64,000 bases of DNA from a bacterium (GTDB lineage Bacteria > SZUA-182 > DTGQ01). The position numbers and the translations under genes are program-made. Under the pieces are notes generated by a model that did no database searches, was not told the origin of the DNA, and saw nothing but the letters and a program-made list of their open reading frames with translations. Shown here in pieces: positions 29,540 to 37,977 of this stretch (position 1 is the stretch's first letter; the number at the start of each line of letters is the position of its first letter). The DNA lies in the NCBI GenBank assembly GCA_040752695.1, contig JBFMGO010000007.1:1-64000 (forward strand). Direction: 5' to 3'.

Positions 29540-30871
29540 TTATTCGCTTCCATCCTCTTTTCCCCTGTTTTCATAGAACTGATAATTGTTTTTCCCGCAT
29601 TCCTTTACGCGGTACATGGCGATGTCAGCTTTTTTGAGCAGTATTTCCTCACAATCGCCATCATCCGGATAGAGACTGATACCAATACTGACACCAATTT
29701 CACATACATTGTTTTTCAGGCAAAAGGGGTCCGTAAGCGCCGCAATGACTTTCCGGGCAACCAGCCCTGCATCCTTTACATCAGCAATCTCGGTAAGAAT
29801 GATCGTGAATTCATCTCCGCCCATCCGGGCTACGGTGTCTGATTTACGAACAGCGTCTGTGAGTCTTTTAGCGGTTTCTTTCAGCAAGAGGTCTCCCATA
29901 TCATGCCCCAGGGTATCATTGACAGCTTTAAAGCGGTCCAGATCCAAAAAGAGCAGGGCAAGAGTATAGTTATGCCGTTTGGCCAGAGATAGTGCCTGGC
30001 TCAGACGGTCAAAAAACATGATACGGTTGGGAATGCAGGTAAGAGGATCATAAAGGGCCAGATGTGCAAGGCGCTGTTCGGCAAGTTTACGGTCGGTGAT
30101 ATCACGGAAAATGACCTGCACTGCCTGTTTCCCCTGATATCGGAAGGGAATTCCGGCAATCTCGACATCAACCTGCGCTCCATCGCAGCGGACAAGCTTT
30201 TCCTCGGTCCAGGGCATCAGATCGCCATGCACTTCGAGTTGTACTAACTTCCTGGCGAGGACTTCCCGGCAGGCGGGATGAGCAAAGGAGAGCAGTGACT
30301 TCCCAAGCAATTCTTCAGAGTTTGATGATCCGAGCAGTTTTGCACCTCCAGGATTAATAAAGATAAATTTTCCTTCATCATGAACTGCGATTCCATCAGG
30401 CGAAAGTTCGACTAACTGCCTGTAGTGCTCTTCGCTTTCCTGGAGGGCCTGAATCATCTGCTGTCTTTCTTTGATAAGTTGTTGTTTACTGATTACCTGT
30501 CCGATAATGATCGGCAAAAGCTCAAGGTAGTTCATGTCGGCATCTTTAACGATATAGTCGGCTGCGCCCAGTTTCATTGCCTCGACTGCAATTTTTTCAT
30601 TACCGTTAGCAGTAACCATGATGGTGGGCAGGGGTGTTCCCCTGGCGTTCAGATACTGGATTACCTGAAGACCTCCAAACTCCGGCATGTTGTAATCGAC
30701 AAGAATGATATCATAGGCAACGCTATCTATCATGTCCAGTCCTATTCTGCCATTAGCAGCGATGTCAACGGCATAACCTTCCCGTTGCAGTTTTTTCTGC
30801 AAGAGGCGGGCAAGCCCGGCATCATCTTCCATGTAGAGAATACGGACAGAATCAGGCTTGGACATACTCAT
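29540..30871 (-). CDS. REC-PAS-GGDEF diguanylate cyclase
   Basis: ILYMEDD...DYNMP receiver, PAS (FRDITDRK), DLDRFKAVNDTLGH and RMGGDEF; RKSD (RxxD) I-site. Confidence 0.93.
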   Translation of the reverse strand: MSMSKPDSVRILYMEDDAGLARLLQKKLQREGYAVDIAANGRIGLDMIDSVAYDIILVDYNMPEFGGLQVIQYLNARGTPLPTIMVTANGNEKIAVEAMKLGAADYIVKDADMNYLELLPIIIGQVISKQQLIKERQQMIQALQESEEHYRQLVELSPDGIAVHDEGKFIFINPGGAKLLGSSNSEELLGKSLLSFAHPACREVLARKLVQLEVHGDLMPWTEEKLVRCDGAQVDVEIAGIPFRYQGKQAVQVIFRDITDRKLAEQRLAHLALYDPLTCIPNRIMFFDRLSQALSLAKRHNYTLALLFLDLDRFKAVNDTLGHDMGDLLLKETAKRLTDAVRKSDTVARMGGDEFTIILTEIADVKDAGLVARKVIAALTDPFCLKNNVCEIGVSIGISLYPDDGDCEEILLKKADIAMYRVKECGKNNYQFYENRGKEDGSE

Positions 30872-30950
30872 TCTTCACCTCTTCCTCCTGAAGATATACA
30901 CTGCCTGTACTAAGGAGGATAATCGTCATAGAGTCTTTTCCATTCATGCC

Positions 30951-33254
30951 TTATACGAGAAGTCCCGTCATGGCTCCTTCCGTTGATTCCTGTGATTCTT
31001 GCTGATTCCTGATATCCGGTCTATTTGGAATGGTAAAGCTAAAGGTTGTTCCTGCGCCAACTTCTGATTTATACCAGATGCGTCCCCCATGACGGCGGAG
31101 CAAGACCCTTGCGTAGGCCATCCCCATCCCTTCTCCCGGCACATCCTGCTTTCCCGCGCGGCGGAAAAAACCGAATACCTTATGCATATCCTCCCTGGCT
31201 ATTCCGCGGCCGTTATCACGGACGTGAAAAATTGTTTCCCCACTGTCCCGCTCTGCGTTTATTTGGATCTCTCCGCTGCGCCCTGGTTGCAGATATTTTA
31301 CCGCATTGTCCAGGATAGTGCTTATGACCTGCTTCAGAGCGGCTTTGTCGGCAATAACTTCAGGCAGTGCTCCCAGAATCACCTTTATCCCGCACTCTTC
31401 AACGCGGTCATGAATGTCTTCCAGAACAGACCGGGTGAGGGCGCCCAAATCTACTAATTCGGTCGTAAGCTTCTGATTCTCCAGATTCAAAAGGTGAAGG
31501 ATAGCGTTGATCATGGAATCCATTCTGTTCACGGAGGAGTCGATAAATCCTATTGCTTCCGGGATATTCTCATCAAGAATGAGGGGGAGCATCTCCTGAT
31601 CTTTTTTCCCCATGCGGGATACATAACGATCAAGGATAAAATCGATCCTCTTTAAATGATAGCGCAGCTCACCTGAAAATCCCTTGACATTGACCAAAGG
31701 CTCCCGAAGATGATGTTGAAAGGTATAAATCAATGCCGTAAGCTCTTCGTTTCTCTCCTTCAACTGCACTGCGGCGTGCTTTAACTTTTCTTCCGCGGCC
31801 TTGCGAGCGGTAATATCTTTGGCTATGATAACGACTCTCTCGGTATCCCCCGATTTATCTCTTATCACCGCACCTGAAAAAAGCATAGGCACTGGATCTT
31901 TGTCCCTGGTTCGGTAAGCCGTCTCATAATTCATGAAGGTACCCTTCTCAATCAGCCTCTCGAAGTCTATGCTTTTGTCCGAAAATCTTTCAGCCAGAAT
32001 AGCGGTAAAGGGCTGGCCGATGAGATCCTCTTCCCTGTAGCCTGTAAGCTCGCATGCTGCTCTGTTCACCATCTTGATCTTCATATCCTGGTCAAGCACG
32101 AGCAGGGCATCGGTCAGGGATTTTAGAATGCTATCCGTATACTCTTTGGCTGCCAGCAATTCGTCCCGTGATTTCTGTAAGTCTTCGGTCATTCGGTTGA
32201 AGGATTCGCTCAAAGTTCCTATCTCATCTTTCGACTTGATTTCTATCCTCTGGGAAAGGTCTCCATGCGCTATGGCCTCGGTAATGGCGGAAAGCCTTAC
32301 CAGTGGAGCGGTTATTATCCTGTTGGATATGCCTAAAGACAGAAGCACGGCCAAAAGAAGGATGGTACAGAAAATACTTATGATAGTGTCTTTCAAGGCA
32401 TTGGGTGAAACCATAAATTCGCGATACGGCATGATGGCGATTACGGACCAATCTCTTCCGATGACCGGAGCATAGGACAGATAACCATCTACGTCCGAAA
32501 GCATGGCGTGCCCAAAGCCGGATTCCATGGCCCTGGCCCTTCGGATGATTTCCTGACCTTTGTCCCCCCTGCCAGTCATTCTGCGCAATACCTTATCTTT
32601 TTGGGGATGAGATAGTACCGTGCCCTTGGCATCCATAAGCATAAGAAAACCGCTTCTTCCAAATCTGAATTCCTGAATACCCCTGACTATATAATCTAAG
32701 GGAACCCTCCCTATCGTCAGGCAAATAAACTTGCCGGAGGGATTCTGAAGGCAGAACGAAAATTCCATGAAAAGGGCATGAGAATTGGTCGGCGTCGAGA
32801 GCACCTGTACGAAAGGCGAGATGAAGATTTTATTCGGGTTGCGGATCGCTTCTTGAAAGCATGGTGTCTGGCTGAGGTCGGAAAGCTCGTCAGATTTTTC
32901 CCCGTAAACGAGCTTCACTTCTTCCCGTCCGCTCTCATTGACAAGAGCCAGAATGGGGAACGTCTGCTTATAGCGGGCAAGGTATCCTTCCAGCAATTCT
33001 TTGTAATGCTCAAAGTAGATCTTTATGGGCTCACCTTGGGCGATCCCTTCGAGCTCACCGGCTGTGCTCTCAACGGATGAACTTACCTGCCTGGCCTGAC
33101 TCTGCGCAATATATTCGAGACTCCTTTCCTGATTTTGCCTTAAAGAATCAACCATGAAAAAGTAACTCGAAAGTCCGATAGCAGAAGCAACCATGAGGAT
33201 CAATCCGATTTGAAAGACAAGAGTTTTGACCCTGATCGATATGAACATATCCAC
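30951..33254 (-). CDS. Cache-HAMP-PAS sensor histidine kinase with atypical H-box
   Basis: Two TMs, SKDEIGTLSESFNRM HAMP, PAS, QHHLREPL H-box, DNAVKY, DNGRGI and GEGMGM. Confidence 0.88.
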   Translation of the reverse strand: MDMFISIRVKTLVFQIGLILMVASAIGLSSYFFMVDSLRQNQERSLEYIAQSQARQVSSSVESTAGELEGIAQGEPIKIYFEHYKELLEGYLARYKQTFPILALVNESGREEVKLVYGEKSDELSDLSQTPCFQEAIRNPNKIFISPFVQVLSTPTNSHALFMEFSFCLQNPSGKFICLTIGRVPLDYIVRGIQEFRFGRSGFLMLMDAKGTVLSHPQKDKVLRRMTGRGDKGQEIIRRARAMESGFGHAMLSDVDGYLSYAPVIGRDWSVIAIMPYREFMVSPNALKDTIISIFCTILLLAVLLSLGISNRIITAPLVRLSAITEAIAHGDLSQRIEIKSKDEIGTLSESFNRMTEDLQKSRDELLAAKEYTDSILKSLTDALLVLDQDMKIKMVNRAACELTGYREEDLIGQPFTAILAERFSDKSIDFERLIEKGTFMNYETAYRTRDKDPVPMLFSGAVIRDKSGDTERVVIIAKDITARKAAEEKLKHAAVQLKERNEELTALIYTFQHHLREPLVNVKGFSGELRYHLKRIDFILDRYVSRMGKKDQEMLPLILDENIPEAIGFIDSSVNRMDSMINAILHLLNLENQKLTTELVDLGALTRSVLEDIHDRVEECGIKVILGALPEVIADKAALKQVISTILDNAVKYLQPGRSGEIQINAERDSGETIFHVRDNGRGIAREDMHKVFGFFRRAGKQDVPGEGMGMAYARVLLRRHGGRIWYKSEVGAGTTFSFTIPNRPDIRNQQESQESTEGAMTGLLV

Positions 33255-33352
33255 TCTTCATGAGAAAATGGATTGTACCAAGAGGCTATTTCGAAAAATT
33301 CCTTTTAAGGTGAATGGTTGCACATCCCGCCTGAGGTTTTTAGGACAGACTC

Positions 33353-33802
33353 TTAACATCCTCCATTCAGGGGAATTTTGACAATGGCCAAAAACAGGCC
33401 AAGCATGCGAATCGCTTCGGAAAACTGCTCATACTCCACAGGTTTGGTTACGTAGACATTGCACCCGAGTTCGTAGCACTTTGAAATCTCCTGAGGACTA
33501 TCGGTGGTAGTCAGGATAACCACCGGAATATGACGGGTCCTTTCATTTCCCTTAAGGATCTTGAGAACCTGATATCCATCGAGCACAGGAAGGTTAAGAT
33601 CAAGTAAAATCAGTACCGGAATAATACAATGAGCCCCCTGGTATTCTCCCTGGCTGAGAAGGTAATCAACGGCCGTCTGGCCGTTATCGAATTTGACGAT
33701 ACTATTGCTGATGCCTCCACGCCTCAGGTTTTTCTCGACCAAACGGGCATGACCTGCATCGTCTTCCACCAATAATATGGTGACAGCTTGTTGCTCATTC
33801 AC
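33353..33802 (-). CDS. Single-domain response regulator (Rcp1-like)
   Basis: LLVEDD, LLDLNLP, ILTTT, CYELGCNVYVTKP. Confidence 0.93.
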   Translation of the reverse strand: MNEQQAVTILLVEDDAGHARLVEKNLRRGGISNSIVKFDNGQTAVDYLLSQGEYQGAHCIIPVLILLDLNLPVLDGYQVLKILKGNERTRHIPVVILTTTDSPQEISKCYELGCNVYVTKPVEYEQFSEAIRMLGLFLAIVKIPLNGGC

Positions 33803-33852
33803 AATTGCACCTCCATATTTTTTTCAGTCTGATACACTGGATGTCTCAAGCC

Positions 33853-36234
33853 TCATACTCCGGCCCCTTGGGCTTCCCTGCATGGCAGCGTCTTCCGGGG
33901 AATTGCAAAGCTGAAGGTTGTCCCTGCTCCCAGCTTCGATTCGCACCAGATGTGCCCGCCATGTCGGCGGAGCAAGGTTTTCACATAGGCTAATCCCATT
34001 CCCTCTCCCGGTTTATCCTGAACTCCGGCCCGGCGGAAGATTTCGAATACTTTATGTATGTCGTCCTCGGCTATTCCGCGTCCATTATCGCGGAAGTGAA
34101 AAATGGTTTCTTCGTGGCTGCACTCCGCGCTCATTTCAATCTCTAAAGGCCGGTCGGGATGGAAATATTTTATGGCGTTATCCAAAAGATTACCCATGAT
34201 CTGCTCAATATCGGTTCTATCAACGACTATCTCAGGCAATTTCCCCACGATTACCTGAGCGCTGCATTGCTCAAGCTGGTGCGCCATCGTCTTCACGATA
34301 GATTGAACGACTGCCCCGGTGTCTACCAGTTCGAGCCGATGCTCTCTGTGTCCGAGGCGCGATAATTTCAGGATGGAATTGATCTGCCTATCCATCCTTT
34401 GAACCGATGACCTGATAAATTCCAGAGCTTCGGGCATATCTTCCTTAAAAGCACGGGAAAGAGTCTCCCGGTCCTCCTCGTCGATCCGGGGCAGGTATTT
34501 CTCTATGACGGATAACCCTTCTTTTACTGCCAAAGAAAGTTCATCTGAAAAGCCTTTGATATTAACCAGAGGTACCCGCAAATCATGGGAGACGATGTAG
34601 GCAAACGATTTCAATTCCTCGTTGGCTTCTTTCACCTCTTCAGCGGAAAACCGCAGTTTCTCCTCTGCACGTTTTTGTTCGGTTATATCCATGGCTATAC
34701 ATACTATCCCCTCTACCTTGCCGTCACTATCACGCATCACTGAGCCGGAGAAGAGTACCGGTATTTTTCGTCCCCCCTTGGACAAATAGGTTTTTTCCTC
34801 GTTGGCGATAACCTGTTTACCCGTACCATGTTCCGGATCTCCGAATAATAACCCGAACAGCAGATCTTCCTCTCTTTCTTCTGTAAAAATCATCCCAATC
34901 GGCTGATTTAAAAGTTCATCCCTTGTATAACCCAAAAGGTCCAAAGTGGCCTGATTGACCATGATAATCGCAGCCTCCGGCGACACCACGATCAGGCTGT
35001 CGGCCATTGTGGAAATAATGTTGTCCACATAATTTTTGGAAACCGTGCTCTTTTTCAGGTCCTGGGTCATTTTTTGGAGAGATGCCGCCAGTTGGCCGAT
35101 TTCGCCCTTCGCCCTGACTTCAATCCGGGTATCCAGACTTCCCATGCCGATACGGGTTGCAGCATCCGTGAGTGTGGTAACGGGCCGGGAGATGGAGATG
35201 GAGAAAAAGGCCCCCATGAGAACAGCCAACAAGGTTACGGCCAGAGAGACAATCAGGATATCTCTCTTGAGCTTATTCACGGGAGCGAAAATCGCCTTTG
35301 TTTCGTGATCTACCATGAAAACCATGCCTAGCAGATGAGACCTCGAATGTGCATGCCCGGATAACATTTCGCCATGCCGGGCATTGTAAGCCAGAAATAC
35401 GAATGTCTGTCTTTGCCTGTGGTTTTCAATTCGGGACAATAAACGGCTATTATCCTCCAGCATAGTAAATTCATCGGTAGAATAAAGCAGCCTTCCCCGC
35501 TGATCGATGAGCTTATAGAAAGCTCTCTGTTTTTTGTGCAGCCTGATTGTTTCGAATTTTTTTATTATTCTCGCTATATCTTCGATATTCAAAACAGCTC
35601 TCATTGCACCAATAAAATGACCATTCTTATCATTAATTCTTATCCCGATCTCCAAAGCGTATATATTTGAACTTTCATCGTAAATGACATCTCCTATGGC
35701 TAGGTCGTTCTTTTTCATCTCCTGCCACCATTTTTTATCATCCTGCCTGAAGTCGGCCGCTTTTTCGGTTTGAGCAGCAATAGCTCCATATTTATTGGTT
35801 ACCACTATTTCCCCGAAAACTTCATAACCGTATTTTTGTCTATAATATTCTGATACTTCGCGCAATTCCACTGCTGTTTTCCTATTCAATAATCCCTGCA
35901 TAAAAGGAGTTACGGTGCTCTTTGGTGCTAAAATCCATGCTTGATTCTTTTGATGAATATACTCCTGTATATTGTCCAATTCTTCATACGCCTGGTTCGA
36001 TGCTTTGATGCATTCTTGCAACACGGTATCATTGCAATATCCCTCAAGGGATTCAATCCGTTGAAAAATATTTGTTTCTATTTCATCCATAATCCCGGCA
36101 GCCAGAGTCATCGAACTTTCTTCGATAGATTTCTGCAAAGCTTCCTGACTCCTTACAATAGCAAGGTATCCTGCCAGTGAGATAAGAAAAGCAATCGCCA
36201 AAAATCCCATGATCAACTTATAGCGTATTTTCAT
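33853..36234 (-). CDS. Cache-HAMP-PAS sensor histidine kinase
   Basis: Likely start MKIRYKL at 36234; TMs, HAMP, PAS, SHDLRVPL H-box, NLLDNAIKY, DNGRGI and GEGMGL. Confidence 0.92.
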   Translation of the reverse strand: MKIRYKLIMGFLAIAFLISLAGYLAIVRSQEALQKSIEESSMTLAAGIMDEIETNIFQRIESLEGYCNDTVLQECIKASNQAYEELDNIQEYIHQKNQAWILAPKSTVTPFMQGLLNRKTAVELREVSEYYRQKYGYEVFGEIVVTNKYGAIAAQTEKAADFRQDDKKWWQEMKKNDLAIGDVIYDESSNIYALEIGIRINDKNGHFIGAMRAVLNIEDIARIIKKFETIRLHKKQRAFYKLIDQRGRLLYSTDEFTMLEDNSRLLSRIENHRQRQTFVFLAYNARHGEMLSGHAHSRSHLLGMVFMVDHETKAIFAPVNKLKRDILIVSLAVTLLAVLMGAFFSISISRPVTTLTDAATRIGMGSLDTRIEVRAKGEIGQLAASLQKMTQDLKKSTVSKNYVDNIISTMADSLIVVSPEAAIIMVNQATLDLLGYTRDELLNQPIGMIFTEEREEDLLFGLLFGDPEHGTGKQVIANEEKTYLSKGGRKIPVLFSGSVMRDSDGKVEGIVCIAMDITEQKRAEEKLRFSAEEVKEANEELKSFAYIVSHDLRVPLVNIKGFSDELSLAVKEGLSVIEKYLPRIDEEDRETLSRAFKEDMPEALEFIRSSVQRMDRQINSILKLSRLGHREHRLELVDTGAVVQSIVKTMAHQLEQCSAQVIVGKLPEIVVDRTDIEQIMGNLLDNAIKYFHPDRPLEIEMSAECSHEETIFHFRDNGRGIAEDDIHKVFEIFRRAGVQDKPGEGMGLAYVKTLLRRHGGHIWCESKLGAGTTFSFAIPRKTLPCREAQGAGV

Positions 36235-36390
36235 TCCCGCTTTTCTCCATGGCTGTTTTCTCTCCAATAGCGGTATCGGTGGATACCGGCCGCTTATTCG
36301 GGAATACTTCCTGCCGCTCAAGGGATAGCCGATTTCCATTATTCAGGAGCCATAATAATGAGCCTTTTACAGGAAACAATTCATAAAATT

Positions 36391-36419
36391 TTGACATTGG
36401 CAAGAAAATTGAGTATGAT
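36391..36419 (+). promoter_or_regulatory. Sigma-70 promoter for the dcd-like islet
   Basis: TTGACA (36391-36396), 17 bp, TATGAT (36414-36419). Confidence 0.7.
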
Positions 36420-36504
36420 AAATTTATATCCTCATTATTCCGGTTATGCCATTCAAGTCTATGTAGTTTCTATATAATTTCAATAATCTCAAATCGAGGC
36501 ATAA

Positions 36505-37134
36505 ATGATTAAGGATGGAGCCTTAATAGATAAAGATATCAAAGCATTAATGATGGAAGGGGTAAAAATCGTTGATCCTTTCGAAGAGAGTTTCTTACAG
36601 CCCGCCTCTATAGACCTGCAATTAGGAAATACCCTCTATACCTACAGTATGGAAGATTATGTTTTAGGAGAAGAGATCGACGACTGCAAGGTAGAGCAAA
36701 ACACATTGAAAGAATACACGTTACTGAACGGCAAGGTTGTTTACGTTGGCCTCCATGAAAAGATAACGATACCTGAAAACATACTTGGTCTTATAGTACC
36801 GAGAAGCAGTATTACAAGATTAGGTATATCAATTACTCCAATCTATGTAAATCCCGGATACAGAGGACAGCCGCCGCTGACAATCGTCAATAACAGTGGC
36901 AGCAACATTATCTTAAGGCCCGGAACAAGGGCAGTACAGTTACTTTTATTCTTTCTGTCAGGAATCCCTGAAAGAATTTATGGTAGTGCTGCCGATGCCA
37001 AGTATCTTGACGAAAAGGCTGATTACTCGAAATTGCATATGGATGAAGAAATAAAAAGAGCGATAAACGAGGTTCTGGAACAGGAAACATCAGATCTTTT
37101 TAAAAAGGTAAAAGAAAAAATCCTCCATGAATAA
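36505..37134 (+). CDS. dCTP deaminase/dUTPase-fold protein with substituted catalytic residues
   Basis: LQPASIDLQLG, RSSITRLG, VNPGYRG, RPG.RAVQL and Y.....AKY motifs; the canonical DPG and L-E positions read NPG and L-T. Confidence 0.85.
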   Translation: MIKDGALIDKDIKALMMEGVKIVDPFEESFLQPASIDLQLGNTLYTYSMEDYVLGEEIDDCKVEQNTLKEYTLLNGKVVYVGLHEKITIPENILGLIVPRSSITRLGISITPIYVNPGYRGQPPLTIVNNSGSNIILRPGTRAVQLLLFFLSGIPERIYGSAADAKYLDEKADYSKLHMDEEIKRAINEVLEQETSDLFKKVKEKILHE

Positions 37135-37580
37135 GCGGCAGGAAGCTGAAAAAACCATTTTAAAATACGTTACTGACTTGATTTCTTTATCAAGTCTTAC
37201 TAAAATTTTACCAAAATAAACCATCTCATCTAAAAGAGTTTAATGAGGCAGATTTCAAAAGAATCATCAATCCAATGGTAATATTTTCAGTGATAGAAGA
37301 TTATAACAAAGTAATTCTCAGTGACGAAATTAAAAAGATTGTGATCAATGACTGCAAAGATGCTCTGATGAAACGAACCAGCCTTGATAAGTGGCTGGAA
37401 GCGGGAATAGTCATAACGACTGTTATTCTTACCATTATTTTCTTTTTGTTATCAACGTCGTTAACTCCTGACCTGCAAACCATCAAAAATTCTATCTGGG
37501 CTGTGAAAATCACTTCCAGTGCGGCTTTTGTTTTGTTAATAATCGAATTAGTACTTTATATAATTCTTAAATATAAATGA
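37127..37580 (+). pseudogene. Frameshifted gene for a ~150-aa protein with two C-terminal TM helices (fragments 37127-37219 and 37182-37580)
   Basis: ATG at 37127 overlaps the dcd stop (ATGAATAA) and closes after 30 codons; the +1 frame is open from 37182 to 37580 and encodes the 2-TM domain. Confidence 0.6.
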
Positions 37581-37597
37581 GTTTTCTATATCATCAA

Positions 37598-37752
37598 CTC
37601 ACTACCGGACACTTTTACTGTCATTCCCGCGAAAGCGGGAATCCATGCATGGTTGCAGCCCCCCCTGGATTCCCGCCTACGCGGGAATGACGGGAAATGT
37701 CTGTACTTACTGACGTATACAGAATCATAGATAAAAAGTGTCCGGTAGAGAG
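37598..37752. mobile_element. 155-bp MITE-like element with 19-bp terminal inverted repeats and 8-bp target duplication, carrying a REP/dRS3-like palindrome pair
   Basis: CTCACTACCGGACACTTTT (37598-37616) versus AAAAGTGTCCGGTAGAGAG (37734-37752), 1 mismatch; ATCATCAA at 37590-37597 and 37753-37760. Confidence 0.8.
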
Positions 37753-37798
37753 ATCATCAATTCAGACAGGCTATCCTGGTCCCCCGCCTTTAAAAGTT

Positions 37799-37865
37799 AC
37801 CTGTTCCAACCGGCCCGTAAAATCAAAATGAGACCTGTTCAAACCGGCTGTAAAATCAAAATGAG
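37799..37865. repeat. Imperfect tandem duplication, 2 x ~34 bp
   Basis: ACCTGTTCCAACCGGCCCGTAAAATCAAAATGAG followed by ACCTGTTCAAACCGGCTGTAAAATCAAAATGAG. Confidence 0.8.
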
Positions 37866-37977
37866 AAGAGCATGATCATTTTTCTTGCTTTTTCCTTCTT
37901 CTCATATATTATTAAGGCAAACTTTCCCTTTTTCTTCCATATTCGAAACCCATAAACGAAAGGAATATGAGACAACC

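Noticed and set aside
36505..37134. Assigning the gene symbol dcd, or equating it with the published anti-phage dCTP deaminase
   Set aside because: The catalytic Glu and Asp positions are substituted, and it lacks the Zn-binding HxE/PCxxC motifs of the CDA-fold defence enzyme.
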